Assembly: GCA_030834985.1 (NCBI GenBank)
Contig: JAUQWV010000002.1
Location: 4,435 to 68,434 of the forward strand
Origin: Candidatus Dojkabacteria bacterium
GTDB lineage: Bacteria > Patescibacteriota > Dojkabacteria > J137
Direction: 5' to 3'
DNA length: 64,000 nt
The notes beneath the pieces were generated by a model that was not told where the DNA came from, searched no databases, and saw nothing but the letters and a program-made list of their open reading frames with translations. Each line of letters starts with the position of its first letter. The stretch's first letter is position 1. Of the stretch, positions 39,251-49,451 are shown piece after piece. A program made the translations under genes and the position numbers.

Positions 39251-39814
39251 ATGGCAGTATCAAAAAATCCGCTAAAAGCTTTAAAAGATAAAGTTGCAGT
39301 AAGAACACGAGTAAAAAGAGCATTTGACAGAAAGGGTTCAGACTTAATTGTTATCGCAGGTCCAATAAGTCTAGGATTCTTTACTTTGGCATTTTTAGTA
39401 TTTTTACCTTTATTAAGAAGAGATTCTGACTGGTTAAGAGCGCTAATTGTGCTGTACGGAGCTTTTGTTGTTCTTTGGGCTTGGATGGTAATTTATGAAT
39501 TTCTAGTTAAAGGTTCAAGATTATTAGCTAACAAAAGAGTTCACAACTATAGTCAGCTTGCTGCTTTAAACACAATTTTGGGCTTAGCCTTTCCATTATT
39601 TGTTCTTAACTCTGTAAAAGCAATTGTTGTTAATACACTTAGTGAATTTACCTATTTTGGCACAGCAATTTGTGAAATTAGACTCTCTTTGGTTAGATTT
39701 TATTATGCATCTAACATTTACGAGCAAATAAATAGTGTTATATTTTGGATAGTTGTACTATCGCTAGTCTTGCTGATTATCGGTGGCCTCTTTGAGAGAG
39801 TATTCAAGAAGTAA
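39251..39814 (+). CDS. Polytopic membrane protein, unknown function
   Basis: It has four hydrophobic segments and no recognisable motif. Confidence 0.35.
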   Translation: MAVSKNPLKALKDKVAVRTRVKRAFDRKGSDLIVIAGPISLGFFTLAFLVFLPLLRRDSDWLRALIVLYGAFVVLWAWMVIYEFLVKGSRLLANKRVHNYSQLAALNTILGLAFPLFVLNSVKAIVVNTLSEFTYFGTAICEIRLSLVRFYYASNIYEQINSVIFWIVVLSLVLLIIGGLFERVFKK

Positions 39815-39854
39815 TGGGAATATATGAATTAGAGCAGCTTATAGCCAATTCGCT

Positions 39855-41039
39855 CTACTGATTTATAACTATATCTAGAGTTGGAAATTCATTATAAGCA
39901 ATAAATGCTAACATTGCCCCTCCGCCGGTAGATATGTGATTGAATCCCGTTAAGCCTAGTTTGTTGATTGCGGCAATTGAATCGCCGCCGCCGGCAAGTT
40001 TGTAAGCAGAAGAATTCTGCGAAATAGCTTTGCCAACCGCTAAAGTGCCGGCGGCAGAAGTTTCCCATTCAAAAACCCCCATTGGACCATTCCATAAAAT
40101 GTTTTTTGCTCCAGAAATTGTTTGCACAAAAAGTTCGGTTGTTTTTGAGCCAATATCAATTGCTACTGTATTATCAGGTACTTGTTCGTCTAATGTAACG
40201 TGTGCTGATTTTGAGGCAACTTCATTAAATTCACTTGCAATTAAATGATCAACTGGCAGCACTAACTTATTCTCATAGTTGTTTAAAATTTCTTTAGCTA
40301 GACTTAATTTATCTTCTTCATAAAGTGAATTACCAATATTTACTCCTTTAGCTTTTAATAGTGTATAAGCCATTGCACCACCTATAACAACTTTTTCAGA
40401 AATCTCTGCCAATGCTTTTAAGGCATCTAACTTTTCAGATAACTTTGCACCTCCTAAAACGGAAACTAAATTGGCAGCGTTAGAAAATTTAGATAAAGCT
40501 TCAACTTCTTCAATAAATTTATATCCTAAATAACTTGGTAAGATTTTAGCTATGTCATAAGTAGATGCAGATTCTCTATAATCAGCAAATGCATCGTTCA
40601 CAAAAACTTCTCCAAATTGTGCAAGGTCTTTTGCAAAATTCATTCTAGTATCAGGATCTTTACTTTCTTCTTCTTTAAAAAATCTTATATTGTCTCCTAA
40701 AATTATTTTAGCCTCAAGATTTTTGGGGCTATTCTGGAATAGAACAAACTCAATTTCTTGACCTAGCTTTTCTTGAAGAACTTGATGAACATTCCAAAAG
40801 CTTAGTTCTTTGGAATAACTTTCAGGACGCCCCAAATGGGCAAGTATCGTTACTTGTTTAGCATTCTCAGCAAGATATTTAATTGTTTTTATTGATTCAT
40901 CTATTCTTGTTGCATCTATAACTTTCCCTTCTTTATCTACTGTAACATTAAGACATGCTCTTAATACAATACGTTTATTTTTTAAGTCTGCAATCTTATC
41001 TACTGAAAAATTTTGCAGATCACCACTTAGTTGATACAT
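39855..41039 (-). CDS. pgk: Phosphoglycerate kinase
   Basis: The N-terminal substrate-binding region RACLNVTVDKEGKVIDATRI and the hinge/ATP motifs (ILAHLGRPE, GGGDS) are present. Confidence 0.9.
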   Translation of the reverse strand: MYQLSGDLQNFSVDKIADLKNKRIVLRACLNVTVDKEGKVIDATRIDESIKTIKYLAENAKQVTILAHLGRPESYSKELSFWNVHQVLQEKLGQEIEFVLFQNSPKNLEAKIILGDNIRFFKEEESKDPDTRMNFAKDLAQFGEVFVNDAFADYRESASTYDIAKILPSYLGYKFIEEVEALSKFSNAANLVSVLGGAKLSEKLDALKALAEISEKVVIGGAMAYTLLKAKGVNIGNSLYEEDKLSLAKEILNNYENKLVLPVDHLIASEFNEVASKSAHVTLDEQVPDNTVAIDIGSKTTELFVQTISGAKNILWNGPMGVFEWETSAAGTLAVGKAISQNSSAYKLAGGGDSIAAINKLGLTGFNHISTGGGAMLAFIAYNEFPTLDIVINQ

Positions 41040-41049
41040 AGTTGTTTAC

Positions 41050-42075
41050 TTATAGATTTGAGTTTTTAACTACAGTTTCAATTAACTCTGCCATTCTATT
41101 TGAGTATCCCCATTCGTTGTCATACCAAGCAACAAGTTTAAAGAACCTAGGATTAAGTTCAATAGAAGCAGATGCGTCGTAAGTGCTTGAATAGGTATCA
41201 TGCGTAAAGTCACTTGAAACAACAGGATCTTCTGTATATTCTAGTATGCCTTTTAGGTATGTCTCACTAGCATTTTTCATTAGTTTATTAATTTCTTCTA
41301 AGCTAGTATCACGTGTTGTCCTAAAAGTTAAATCAATAACGGATCCTACAGCTACAGGTACTCTAAATGCCATTCCTGTAAGCTTTCCTTTTAAGTCAGG
41401 AAAGATTTCTCCCATCGACTTAGCTGCGCCTGATGTTGTAGGCACAATATTTGCAGCGGCAGCTCTTCCTCTTCTAAAATCACGATGAGGTGCATCTTGT
41501 AATTCTTGATCTGCAGTGTAAGCATGAATAGTAGTCATTAAACCTTCCTCAATTCCTATTCCTTCTTTAATCAACACATGAACAACTGGTGCTAAACAGT
41601 TTGTAGTACAGCTTGCATTTGATATTAAATCTTCACTTGCATATTCAGCCTCATTAACACCCATTAAGTAAGTTCTTACATCTTCATCACTTGGTGCTGA
41701 GATAATTACTTTTTTTGCTCCAGCTCGAATGTGACCTGCAGCATCAATCTTTTTTGTGAATGCTCCGGTTGATTCTACAACTATATCAATACCAAGATCT
41801 TTCCATGGTAGTTCTTCTGGCTTAACTTTCATTGATAAAGCTTTGATTGGTTTACCGTCAACTTCAATTGTATTTGCATCTACTGCTTTTATGGTACTTT
41901 TTAATTTACCATGTACTGTATCGTATTTAAGAAGATAAGCTAAGTTTTCTGCTCCAACTAAATCATTAACTGCAACAACTTCTATTAGTCCATCAAAAAA
42001 GTTTTTTTCAAGTAGCGCTCTATAAACTAATCGACCAATTCTTCCAAACCCATTAATAGCAACTTTAACTGCCAT
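41050..42075 (-). CDS. gap: Glyceraldehyde-3-phosphate dehydrogenase
   Basis: AINGFGRIGR (NAD-binding) and the catalytic ASCTTNCLAP are present. The start is taken at the internal Met (MAVKVAINGFGRIGR); the track ORF extends to 42102. Confidence 0.9.
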   Translation of the reverse strand: MAVKVAINGFGRIGRLVYRALLEKNFFDGLIEVVAVNDLVGAENLAYLLKYDTVHGKLKSTIKAVDANTIEVDGKPIKALSMKVKPEELPWKDLGIDIVVESTGAFTKKIDAAGHIRAGAKKVIISAPSDEDVRTYLMGVNEAEYASEDLISNASCTTNCLAPVVHVLIKEGIGIEEGLMTTIHAYTADQELQDAPHRDFRRGRAAAANIVPTTSGAAKSMGEIFPDLKGKLTGMAFRVPVAVGSVIDLTFRTTRDTSLEEINKLMKNASETYLKGILEYTEDPVVSSDFTHDTYSSTYDASASIELNPRFFKLVAWYDNEWGYSNRMAELIETVVKNSNL

Positions 42076-42164
42076 AGTGCAAACATAATATTTAAATTTC
42101 ACTTCATTCTAAATCTTTATGTGTATAATGGTCAATATAAAGATAGTTCTTAACGTTATTAAAC

Positions 42165-42824
42165 ATGTTGCTGCTTAATCTAAAGACTTATCCAGAGTCA
42201 ACACAAGGTAATGCTAAAAATTTATTAGACGTTGTAAATAACGTTATTACTGAAAATCCAAGTATAAAAGATAGAATAATAGTTTTGCCGGCTGCAACAG
42301 ATCTATTTTGGGTTAAGCAGAATTATCCTAATTTAATAATAGCTGCACAGCATGTTGATAATGTTGCAGCCGGCAAAAGCACAGGAGGAATTCCAGCTGA
42401 GTTAATTTTATCTTATGGCATTGAATATAGTTTATATAATCATAGCGAGAAAAGAGTAAATACTGACACTATAGTTGAAGATATTAAAGCTATTCAATCT
42501 AAAGGCTTAAAGTTGATTATATGCTGTGAAAATTCTACAGAGGCAAAGACAATAATGCAGGCAGAACCTTTTTCTATTGCTTACGAAACGCCTGATTTAA
42601 TAGGAAGTGGCATTTCAGTAACAACAAGACCTGAAGCTGTAAAAGAATTTGTTGATTCAGTTGCAGGTCAAAAGAATATTTTGATTGGTGCAGGTGTAAC
42701 AACAGGTGAAGATGTAAATAAATCTATTGAACTGGGCGCCGAAGGGGTTTTAGTTGCTTCAGCTTTTGTTAAGGCAGAAGATCCTTATCAAAAACTAAAA
42801 GAGCTTGTTCAACCGTGGTTATAA
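42165..42824 (+). CDS. tpiA: Triose-phosphate isomerase, short archaeal-type (~220 aa)
   Basis: LLLNLKTY (vs the NxK substrate loop), YNHSEKR (vs GHSERR) and AYETPDLIGSG (catalytic-Glu loop) are present. Length and motif spacing fit archaeal-type TIMs rather than ~250-aa bacterial ones. Confidence 0.75.
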   Translation: MLLLNLKTYPESTQGNAKNLLDVVNNVITENPSIKDRIIVLPAATDLFWVKQNYPNLIIAAQHVDNVAAGKSTGGIPAELILSYGIEYSLYNHSEKRVNTDTIVEDIKAIQSKGLKLIICCENSTEAKTIMQAEPFSIAYETPDLIGSGISVTTRPEAVKEFVDSVAGQKNILIGAGVTTGEDVNKSIELGAEGVLVASAFVKAEDPYQKLKELVQPWL

Positions 42825-42858
42825 GTATATTATATTAATATATTAGTAATTTAAATTT

Positions 42859-43929
42859 ATGAATTATTCCGAGATCCAGACTCTTTTGGCAGATAAGGCA
42901 GACTACTTATTAAATTTTAAATCTCAAACTTTTCAAGAACAGCAGTTTTATGTACCTTCACCTAATTGGCCAAACGATATTATGTCTTATTCCGATAGAA
43001 ATAATAGAGTGGTAGAACATTTAAATTTGCTTTATAAAACTGGAAGATTAGGCGGTTCTGGATATTTATCTATATTACCGATCGATCAAGGAATAGAGCA
43101 TTCTGCGGGGGCGAGCTTTGCCGCAAACCCTATGTATTTTGACCCAGAGAATATTGCAAAGCTCGCCTTAGAAGCAGGCAGCAGTGCAGTAGCTTCAACA
43201 TTGGGGGTATTGGGTTTAGTAAGTAAAAAATATGCCGACAAAATTCCTTTTATTGTTAAATTAAACCACAATGAACTTTTAACTTATCCAAATAAGCACG
43301 ATCAGATTTTCTTTGGACAAGTGCAGCAGGCATACGATATGGGAGCAAAAGGAGTTGGTGCCACAATATACTTTGGTTCCAAAGAATCCAATAGGCAGCT
43401 TCAAGAAGTATCGCAGGCATTTGCAGAAGCTCATAGATTAGGAATGTTTACTGTTTTATGGTGTTACGTTCGAAATCCGGGGTTTAAAAAAGATGGAGTA
43501 AATTATGAATTATCTGCAGATATTACAGGCCAAGCTAATCATTTAGGTGTGACAATTGAAGCAGATATTATTAAACAAAAATTACCAGAACTTAACGGCG
43601 GATTTAAGGCTTTAAGTACAGCAGAATCTTCATACGGAAAATTAGAAGAAAGAATATATACTCAATTATCAAGTGATCATCCAATAGACTTAGCTAAGTA
43701 CCAAGTAGCTAACTGCTATATGGGTAAAATTCCTTTAATCAGTTCAGGAGGTGCAAGTGGACAGAATGATTTAAAAGAAGCAGTCGAATTAGCAGTTATT
43801 AACAAACGTGCAGGAGGAAGCGGCTTGATTTTAGGCAGAAAGGCATTTCAGCATTCTCTTGAAGAAGGTATTAAAATCATAAATGCGGTACAAGATGTTT
43901 ACTTATCACAGGAAATAACAATTGCATAA
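42859..43929 (+). CDS. fbaB: Class I fructose-bisphosphate aldolase, DhnA/FbaB type
   Basis: There are near-identical blocks to the E. coli FbaB family: [80 protein letters not shown]. The length is 356 aa. Confidence 0.9.
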   Translation: MNYSEIQTLLADKADYLLNFKSQTFQEQQFYVPSPNWPNDIMSYSDRNNRVVEHLNLLYKTGRLGGSGYLSILPIDQGIEHSAGASFAANPMYFDPENIAKLALEAGSSAVASTLGVLGLVSKKYADKIPFIVKLNHNELLTYPNKHDQIFFGQVQQAYDMGAKGVGATIYFGSKESNRQLQEVSQAFAEAHRLGMFTVLWCYVRNPGFKKDGVNYELSADITGQANHLGVTIEADIIKQKLPELNGGFKALSTAESSYGKLEERIYTQLSSDHPIDLAKYQVANCYMGKIPLISSGGASGQNDLKEAVELAVINKRAGGSGLILGRKAFQHSLEEGIKIINAVQDVYLSQEITIA

Positions 43930-44878
43930 TCTAACTTTCAAAATACCACAAATGAACCCTTCTGGAAGGGTGGTTATTGTTGGCGCCGGCATGGTCGGCT
44001 CATCATCAGCTTATTGCTTGTTAATGCAAGAAGTTACTAAAGAGATTCTAATTATAGATATCGATGAGGATATGGCAAGAGCACAGGTCTTAGATATGCA
44101 TGATGCAGCTAATTTTACTAACGGCGCAGAAATTAAATATGCTACATATAATGATTTAGCTGATGGAGATATTGTTGTAATAACTGCCGGCGCCGCACAA
44201 AAAGAGGGCCAAAGCCGCCTAGATTTATTAAATACTAATGTAAAAATAATTAAGGATATTGTTGGGAAGATAAAAGACACAGAAAAAAAAGTATATATAC
44301 TTATGATTACAAATCCTGTTGATGTATTAACATATATTGCTGCAAAGGAATCGGGCTTGCCTAAAGGAATGGTATTTGGAAGCGGAACATTTTTAGATAC
44401 TGCTAGATTAAGAGGAATGCTCCACGAGGATTTAGGCGTTAATCCAATAAATGTTCATGCATATATTCTTGGCGAACATGGTGATAGTTCTTTTCCGGTA
44501 TTAAGTAGTGCCAACATTGGAGGAGTATCTTTATCAAATATTGTAAACGTTGACGAAGCTTACAGAAAAGAAACAGCAACTCGAGTTCGAGAAACTGCAT
44601 ACAAAATTATTGAAAGTAAAAAAGCAACATATTATGGAATAGGAGCTGCTGTTTCAAAAATATGCAGAGCAATAATTAGAGATGAGAATAGAATAATACC
44701 CCTAAGTGTAGTATTAGAAGGTGAATATGAACTCAGCGATTTAGCTATAGGTGTACCGGCCAAACTAGGATCAAAAGGTGTGGATGTGTATAAGGAAATA
44801 TCCTTAGATGATAATGAAAGAGAACTTCTAAAAAAATCTGCTGATATAATTAAACAAGCTATCTCACAAGTTAAGTAA
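43922..44878 (+). CDS. ldh: L-lactate dehydrogenase (LDH/MDH superfamily; LDH-type GEHGDS motif)
   Basis: It has the Rossmann motif [16 protein letters not shown] and GEHGDS. The true start may be the internal Met at about 43952. Confidence 0.8.
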   Translation: MHNLTFKIPQMNPSGRVVIVGAGMVGSSSAYCLLMQEVTKEILIIDIDEDMARAQVLDMHDAANFTNGAEIKYATYNDLADGDIVVITAGAAQKEGQSRLDLLNTNVKIIKDIVGKIKDTEKKVYILMITNPVDVLTYIAAKESGLPKGMVFGSGTFLDTARLRGMLHEDLGVNPINVHAYILGEHGDSSFPVLSSANIGGVSLSNIVNVDEAYRKETATRVRETAYKIIESKKATYYGIGAAVSKICRAIIRDENRIIPLSVVLEGEYELSDLAIGVPAKLGSKGVDVYKEISLDDNERELLKKSADIIKQAISQVK

Positions 44879-44886
44879 CAAATAAT

Positions 44887-45180
44887 ATGACAGATGATAT
44901 TCCCAATATTCCTTTGGATGATAATGGAATTCCACAGGTAAGTCCTGAAGTTAAAAAAGATTTAGAATCGGCTTTAGAAAGTGCATTAAATGGTAAGCCT
45001 GCGATATTTGGGCCTTACCTCTTTTCTAATATCGTGTATAGCTATAAAGAAGGTGAAGATAAATATTATTCAGATTCTGGTAGATTAATATACCCAATAA
45101 CAGAGTACTGGGTATATTTAGATTCTAGAGATGGAATTATGTACGATATTGTTCCTATTAAAGATAGGCTTAATTTATAG
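44887..45180 (+). CDS. Small hypothetical protein
   Basis: This is a 97-aa ORF between ldh and the convergent eno. It has no recognisable motif and is retained only because the genome is AT-rich and random ORFs of this length are uncommon. Confidence 0.3.
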   Translation: MTDDIPNIPLDDNGIPQVSPEVKKDLESALESALNGKPAIFGPYLFSNIVYSYKEGEDKYYSDSGRLIYPITEYWVYLDSRDGIMYDIVPIKDRLNL

Positions 45181-46422
45181 TTCTTCAGAAATCCTTAAGA
45201 TCTCATTGTATTTTGCTGTTCTTTCCCCGCGGCTTGGTGCACCTGTTTTAATTTGTCCGCAACCTGTTCCTACAGCAATATGACTTATTGTGACGTCTTC
45301 AGTTTCTCCACTTCGGTGTGATAATACGTTATTCCAGCCTGCATCTGCAGCCATCCGCATAGCCTTTAACGTTTCTGTTAGTGAGCCAATTTGATTAACT
45401 TTTACAAGCAGAGCATTACAAGCTTTTTGCGCAATTGCTTCTTCAATTCTGCTAGTATTAGTTACTAATAAGTCGTCACCTACTATTTGTAGTTTGTCGC
45501 CAACTTTTGCAGTGAATGTACCCCAGCTTGCCCAATCATCTTCAGAAAATGGATCTTCAATGCTTATAAATGGATATTTTTCTACCCAACCTAATACAGT
45601 GTTTAGCCATTCTTCTTTTGATAATTCTCGATTTTCTGTTTTTAAAGTATATGTTCCTTTTTCTGAGTTATAGAATTCACTTGATGCAACATCTAGTGCA
45701 AAGAATACATCGGTACCCATTTTATATCCGGCAGCTTCAACTGCAGCAGTAATATTTTCCAAAGCTTCCTCATTGTTTTTAAATCCAGGAGCAAATCCAC
45801 CTTCATTCCCAACGTTAATGCTCATACCTTTATCTTTTAAGATCTTTTCTAAATGTAAGAAGATCTCACACCCTGCTCTTAACTGATCTACGTATTCCAT
45901 ATTTGGCATTACAACCATAAATTCCTGAATATCTGTTGACCAGTTTGCATGTTTACCTCCATTCATTATATTAAACATGGGTCTTGGTAATGTTATTTGG
46001 GGATTACCAAAAAGGTCATTGACATGTTTAAATAATGGAACTCCTTTAGATGCTGCCACAGCTTTTGTAAAAGCTAAAGATACGCCTAGAATTGCATTTG
46101 CTCCTAAGTTTGATTTAGTTTCAGTTCCGTCTAAAGCAATTAATGCATTGTCTAACTCTTCTTGTGAATTAAATTCTTTACCAACAATTGCATTAGCAAT
46201 TGTTGTCTTAACATTTTCAACTGCTTTTAATACACCTTTACCTAAAAAATTAGATTTATCTCCATCTCTTAATTCCAAAGCTTCGTGAGTTCCTGTAGAA
46301 GCACCGCTAGGTACAGCAGCTCTTCCAAATGAACCATCTTCTAAATATAAATCAACTTCGACTGTTGGAGTTGCTCTTGAATCTATAATTTGTCTAGCAT
46401 GAACTTTTGTAATTTTAGCCAT
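45175..46422 (-). CDS. eno: Enolase
   Basis: It has the N-terminus MAKITKVHARQIIDSRATPTVEVDL and the enolase signature SHRSGETED. Confidence 0.95.
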   Translation of the reverse strand: MAKITKVHARQIIDSRATPTVEVDLYLEDGSFGRAAVPSGASTGTHEALELRDGDKSNFLGKGVLKAVENVKTTIANAIVGKEFNSQEELDNALIALDGTETKSNLGANAILGVSLAFTKAVAASKGVPLFKHVNDLFGNPQITLPRPMFNIMNGGKHANWSTDIQEFMVVMPNMEYVDQLRAGCEIFLHLEKILKDKGMSINVGNEGGFAPGFKNNEEALENITAAVEAAGYKMGTDVFFALDVASSEFYNSEKGTYTLKTENRELSKEEWLNTVLGWVEKYPFISIEDPFSEDDWASWGTFTAKVGDKLQIVGDDLLVTNTSRIEEAIAQKACNALLVKVNQIGSLTETLKAMRMAADAGWNNVLSHRSGETEDVTISHIAVGTGCGQIKTGAPSRGERTAKYNEILRISEEL

Positions 46423-46562
46423 AATAAAAATTGGTGTAACAAATATTTATCTTCTGTGAGTGTTAGTAACAAATTATAATCGCTTTAAAAGAATTAGTCA
46501 TCTAATAATAGAATTATTAGATGAAATGATTTAAAATTCCCTTTGATTATAAATATTAAAAC

Positions 46563-47987
46563 TTGAATATGGATTTTTCCAAAAAGACAAAGATTGTGTG
46601 CACAATCGGGCCCTCAAGCTGGGATCCCGAGGTGATGAGAAAAATGATTGAAGCTGGTATGAATGTTGCAAGAGTAAATGGAGCATTTGCTGATGAGGCT
46701 GAGCTGGATAAAGTTACTAAACTTGTAAGAGATGTATCTGATGAAGTAGCTTTAATGATGGATATTAAAGGGCCAGAGGTAAGAATGAATAAGTTTGTAG
46801 AGCCAAAGCAGATTAAAGCAGGGGATCAAGTTGTTATAGGAAATACTGAAGCAGATGCAATTTATCCTGCTAACTATAAAGACTTATACACTTACCTAAA
46901 ACCAGGACAAAGATTAGTCGTTGGTGATGGAGATGTTGAATTAGTATTAAAAGAGATTCAAGGAGATAAAATGATTACAGAAGTAGTATTTGGTGAAGTA
47001 TTAAAACCAGGTAAAGCTTTAAATTTACCTGGAGCTAACTTTACTACATCTGCATTAACTGAAAAAGATATTATCAATTTAAAACATTCAATTTCGTTAG
47101 GCTGGGATTTTGTTTCTGCATCTTTTGTACAAAGTGCAGAATCTGCAAGAGAAATTAAAAAATATCTTGAAGGTTCAAGCATGAAGCTAATTGCAAAAAT
47201 TGAAGATGCAGAAGGTGTAAAAAATATTGAGGAAATTCTAGAAGAAGTAGAAGGCATAATGATTGCTCGAGGAGGTTTAGGAGTTGAATTAGGTTTAGAA
47301 AAAGTTCCAATGGTAGAAAAACTTTTAATAGAAAAGGCTACGACCGTTGGAAAACCAGTAATAACAGCAACTCAATTACTTGAGTCAATGACATATAACC
47401 CAAGACCAACAAGAGCTGAAGTAAATGATGTGGCGATGGCAGTTTTAATGGGTTCAGACTCAGTTATGTTATCAGGTGAAAGCTCTGCAGGAAAATATCC
47501 TGTTGAAGCTGTAAAAGAATTAACTAAAATATCTTTAGAGATTGAAAAACATATTGAGCCTGAGATAATGAAAACTAGAGCTTCAGCTTCAATAGTAGGA
47601 GATGCCATAACCAAAGCGGCTGCAGAAATGTGCATAAGTATGGAAACTCATATTGATGTAGTAATTATTGCTTCCAGAACGGGATCAACTCCAAGATTAT
47701 TAGGAAGGCATAGAATAAAACAACCGATCTATGCATTTGTAAGCGATAGTGCATATGCTAGAAGATTATCATTAAGTAAAGGAATAAATAGAGTGTTTAC
47801 TTTTGCAAAAACTTTTAAAGATAGAGATTTAGCAATAAACGAACTTGTTAAGGAGAGTTTAAGACTAGGAATTGTTACTAACGAATCTAGAATTTTATTT
47901 ATAGGTAAAGGTCCTATAGATGGCGGAAGCTACTTCCCAAATCTATTTGAAGTAATTAAGGTTGGAGATGTTATTCAGCAAAGTTAA
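46563..47987 (+). CDS. pyk: Pyruvate kinase
   Basis: KTKIVCTIGPSS and the catalytic-core motifs (MIARGGLGVE, MVARGDLG-like) are present, at 474 aa. Confidence 0.9.
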   Translation: MNMDFSKKTKIVCTIGPSSWDPEVMRKMIEAGMNVARVNGAFADEAELDKVTKLVRDVSDEVALMMDIKGPEVRMNKFVEPKQIKAGDQVVIGNTEADAIYPANYKDLYTYLKPGQRLVVGDGDVELVLKEIQGDKMITEVVFGEVLKPGKALNLPGANFTTSALTEKDIINLKHSISLGWDFVSASFVQSAESAREIKKYLEGSSMKLIAKIEDAEGVKNIEEILEEVEGIMIARGGLGVELGLEKVPMVEKLLIEKATTVGKPVITATQLLESMTYNPRPTRAEVNDVAMAVLMGSDSVMLSGESSAGKYPVEAVKELTKISLEIEKHIEPEIMKTRASASIVGDAITKAAAEMCISMETHIDVVIIASRTGSTPRLLGRHRIKQPIYAFVSDSAYARRLSLSKGINRVFTFAKTFKDRDLAINELVKESLRLGIVTNESRILFIGKGPIDGGSYFPNLFEVIKVGDVIQQS

Positions 47988-48007
47988 TTAACTTTGTAGA
48001 AAGTTTG

Positions 48008-48037
48008 AGGGCGCACCGTAGGTGCGCCCTTTATTTA
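48008..48037. terminator. GC-rich stem-loop terminator after pyk (also closes the last small ORF of the minus-strand island)
   Basis: The structure is AGGGCGCACC-GTA-GGTGCGCCCT followed by TTATTT on the plus strand. Confidence 0.7.
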
Positions 48038-48048
48038 TGTTGAAGCCC

Positions 48049-48324
48049 TTATGCAGGGACTTCTTGAAGGTTTGACAACTCGACAAACTCGTCAGGCGCA
48101 TCAGCTCGTTGAACGAACTTTGCTCCTGTCTCTGGTTCTATGATCACCACACCGGTGATTTGAGAACCGGGTGACAAGAACTCACCTTTCGCAGTAAATG
48201 TTGAGTTGATTGTCCTGATTTGCCCCCCATAGTCAAACGTGCCACCTACTATGTCCCGCTTTGTGTATAACGGTACCATAGTAAGCCCTTGTTTGACTTG
48301 GTACTTGCGCGCATCATCTGTCAT
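48049..48324 (-). CDS. Small hypothetical protein (91 aa) in GC-rich island
   Basis: It is one of four same-strand small ORFs in a compositionally atypical segment. There is no recognisable family. Confidence 0.35.
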   Translation of the reverse strand: MTDDARKYQVKQGLTMVPLYTKRDIVGGTFDYGGQIRTINSTFTAKGEFLSPGSQITGVVIIEPETGAKFVQRADAPDEFVELSNLQEVPA

Positions 48325-48468
48325 TATGTCCTCCTAAAATATTGATGCATACTCATTATATCATTTTTTTTGGGCATTTGAGCGTAAGGTGATCAGATAA
48401 GCATCTCTATAAGTCTTAATAAAGAAAGGTTTTGTTGTCGGCGAGCTACTCGCCGACAACAGGTGTGC

Positions 48469-48720
48469 TTACGCGGCAACGGGGTTTGCTTCAAAATCTT
48501 CTACCTTGATGGCGATTTCAAGTCCTTCGCCACCTACAAAAGGTAGGACAGATTTGACCGAGGCTAGACCTTCGTTGCCGTGGGGCGCGTCCAACTCGAC
48601 CTGCAAGAAGGTCCGTTCGCTCAGTGTTTGAGGGAAGGCGATAAATTCTTGCAGATGTTTGTTAAACCAATAAATGGATGCGCCGTTTTTGTTTACCTTG
48701 ACTTCCATGGTTTCCTCCAC
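48469..48720 (-). CDS. Small hypothetical protein (83 aa) in GC-rich island
   Basis: It is followed (on the minus strand) by the perfect hairpin 48433..48461. Confidence 0.35.
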   Translation of the reverse strand: MEETMEVKVNKNGASIYWFNKHLQEFIAFPQTLSERTFLQVELDAPHGNEGLASVKSVLPFVGGEGLEIAIKVEDFEANPVAA

Positions 48721-48833
48721 GAGATATTCAGGTAATGGATTTTATCACAATGTCGCTTGAAAGTATTGACAGACTATTGTTATAGAAAAGTTAAGAAGGT
48801 TGCACTGATAAGTCAGTGCAACCTTCAAAGACG

Positions 48834-49112
48834 TTATACGCTCGCGAGAGCGCTTACGTCCTTTTTCAGGACATAGGAGGGCTGTTTGGCCCCCACTACT
48901 TTGAGAAACGGACTGTCGTTTGTATCTTCGACAACAATTTCTCTCCCACACGGGATTTTAACGCTCCCATACGGGGTGAAGGTCTGCCGCCCTCCTGCCT
49001 TAAAATATGTTTGAGCGCCTTTCTGGGCAGTAACTACTACCTTCGTGCTGTTCATTTTTCTTACTCTCCCTTTCGAGGAAGAACACAATGAGCGATAGGA
49101 GAATGTTAACAC
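48834..49112 (-). CDS. Small hypothetical protein (92 aa; probably starts at the internal Met, giving about 73 aa) in GC-rich island
   Basis: It is followed by the perfect hairpin 48798..48823. The plus-strand antisense ORF here looks non-protein-like. Confidence 0.3.
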   Translation of the reverse strand: MLTFSYRSLCSSSKGRVRKMNSTKVVVTAQKGAQTYFKAGGRQTFTPYGSVKIPCGREIVVEDTNDSPFLKVVGAKQPSYVLKKDVSALASV

Positions 49113-49187
49113 TTTTATAGAGAATTACAAGCTTTAAGAAGCTTTCAGGAGGCTCGGGCCAAAGCCCGAGCCTCCTTATATGAAGGA

Positions 49188-49451
49188 CTAATTGGCAAGG
49201 TCTTGACTGTCGACAATGTCGGTTAGGAACACAAAACCTTCCACAACTCCTTGTCCTTCCGTGATGTCGATAGCAAGCATTGACTCTACCATTTCATTGC
49301 CGTTGCTATCGTTACCCAGTGTTACTAGGTTGCATGACTTTATCGTATATGATTCTGGCGGTACTGTTCCCGCTTCTTCAAATTCTTTCCCTGAATGAAC
49401 ATAATAAGGGATCTCCTCATCTTCAAGGACTTCAAGCACGAGCGATGCCAT
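49188..49451 (-). CDS. Small acidic hypothetical protein (87 aa) in GC-rich island
   Basis: It is followed by the perfect hairpin 49148..49175. Confidence 0.35.
   Translation of the reverse strand: MASLVLEVLEDEEIPYYVHSGKEFEEAGTVPPESYTIKSCNLVTLGNDSNGNEMVESMLAIDITEGQGVVEGFVFLTDIVDSQDLAN

Noticed and set aside
48816-49091. 91-aa plus-strand ORF inside the GC-rich island
   Set aside because: It is Cys/Pro/Phe/Arg-rich and antisense to the more protein-like minus-strand ORF. GC-rich DNA gives long chance ORFs on both strands.
48433-49175. Interpretation of the island hairpins as integron attC sites (gene cassettes)
   Set aside because: attC sites are 57-141 bp imperfect palindromes with RYYYAAC/GTTRRRY core sites and extrahelical bases. 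These are short perfect palindromes without those cores, and no integrase is nearby. The cassette analogy is kept only as a loose one.
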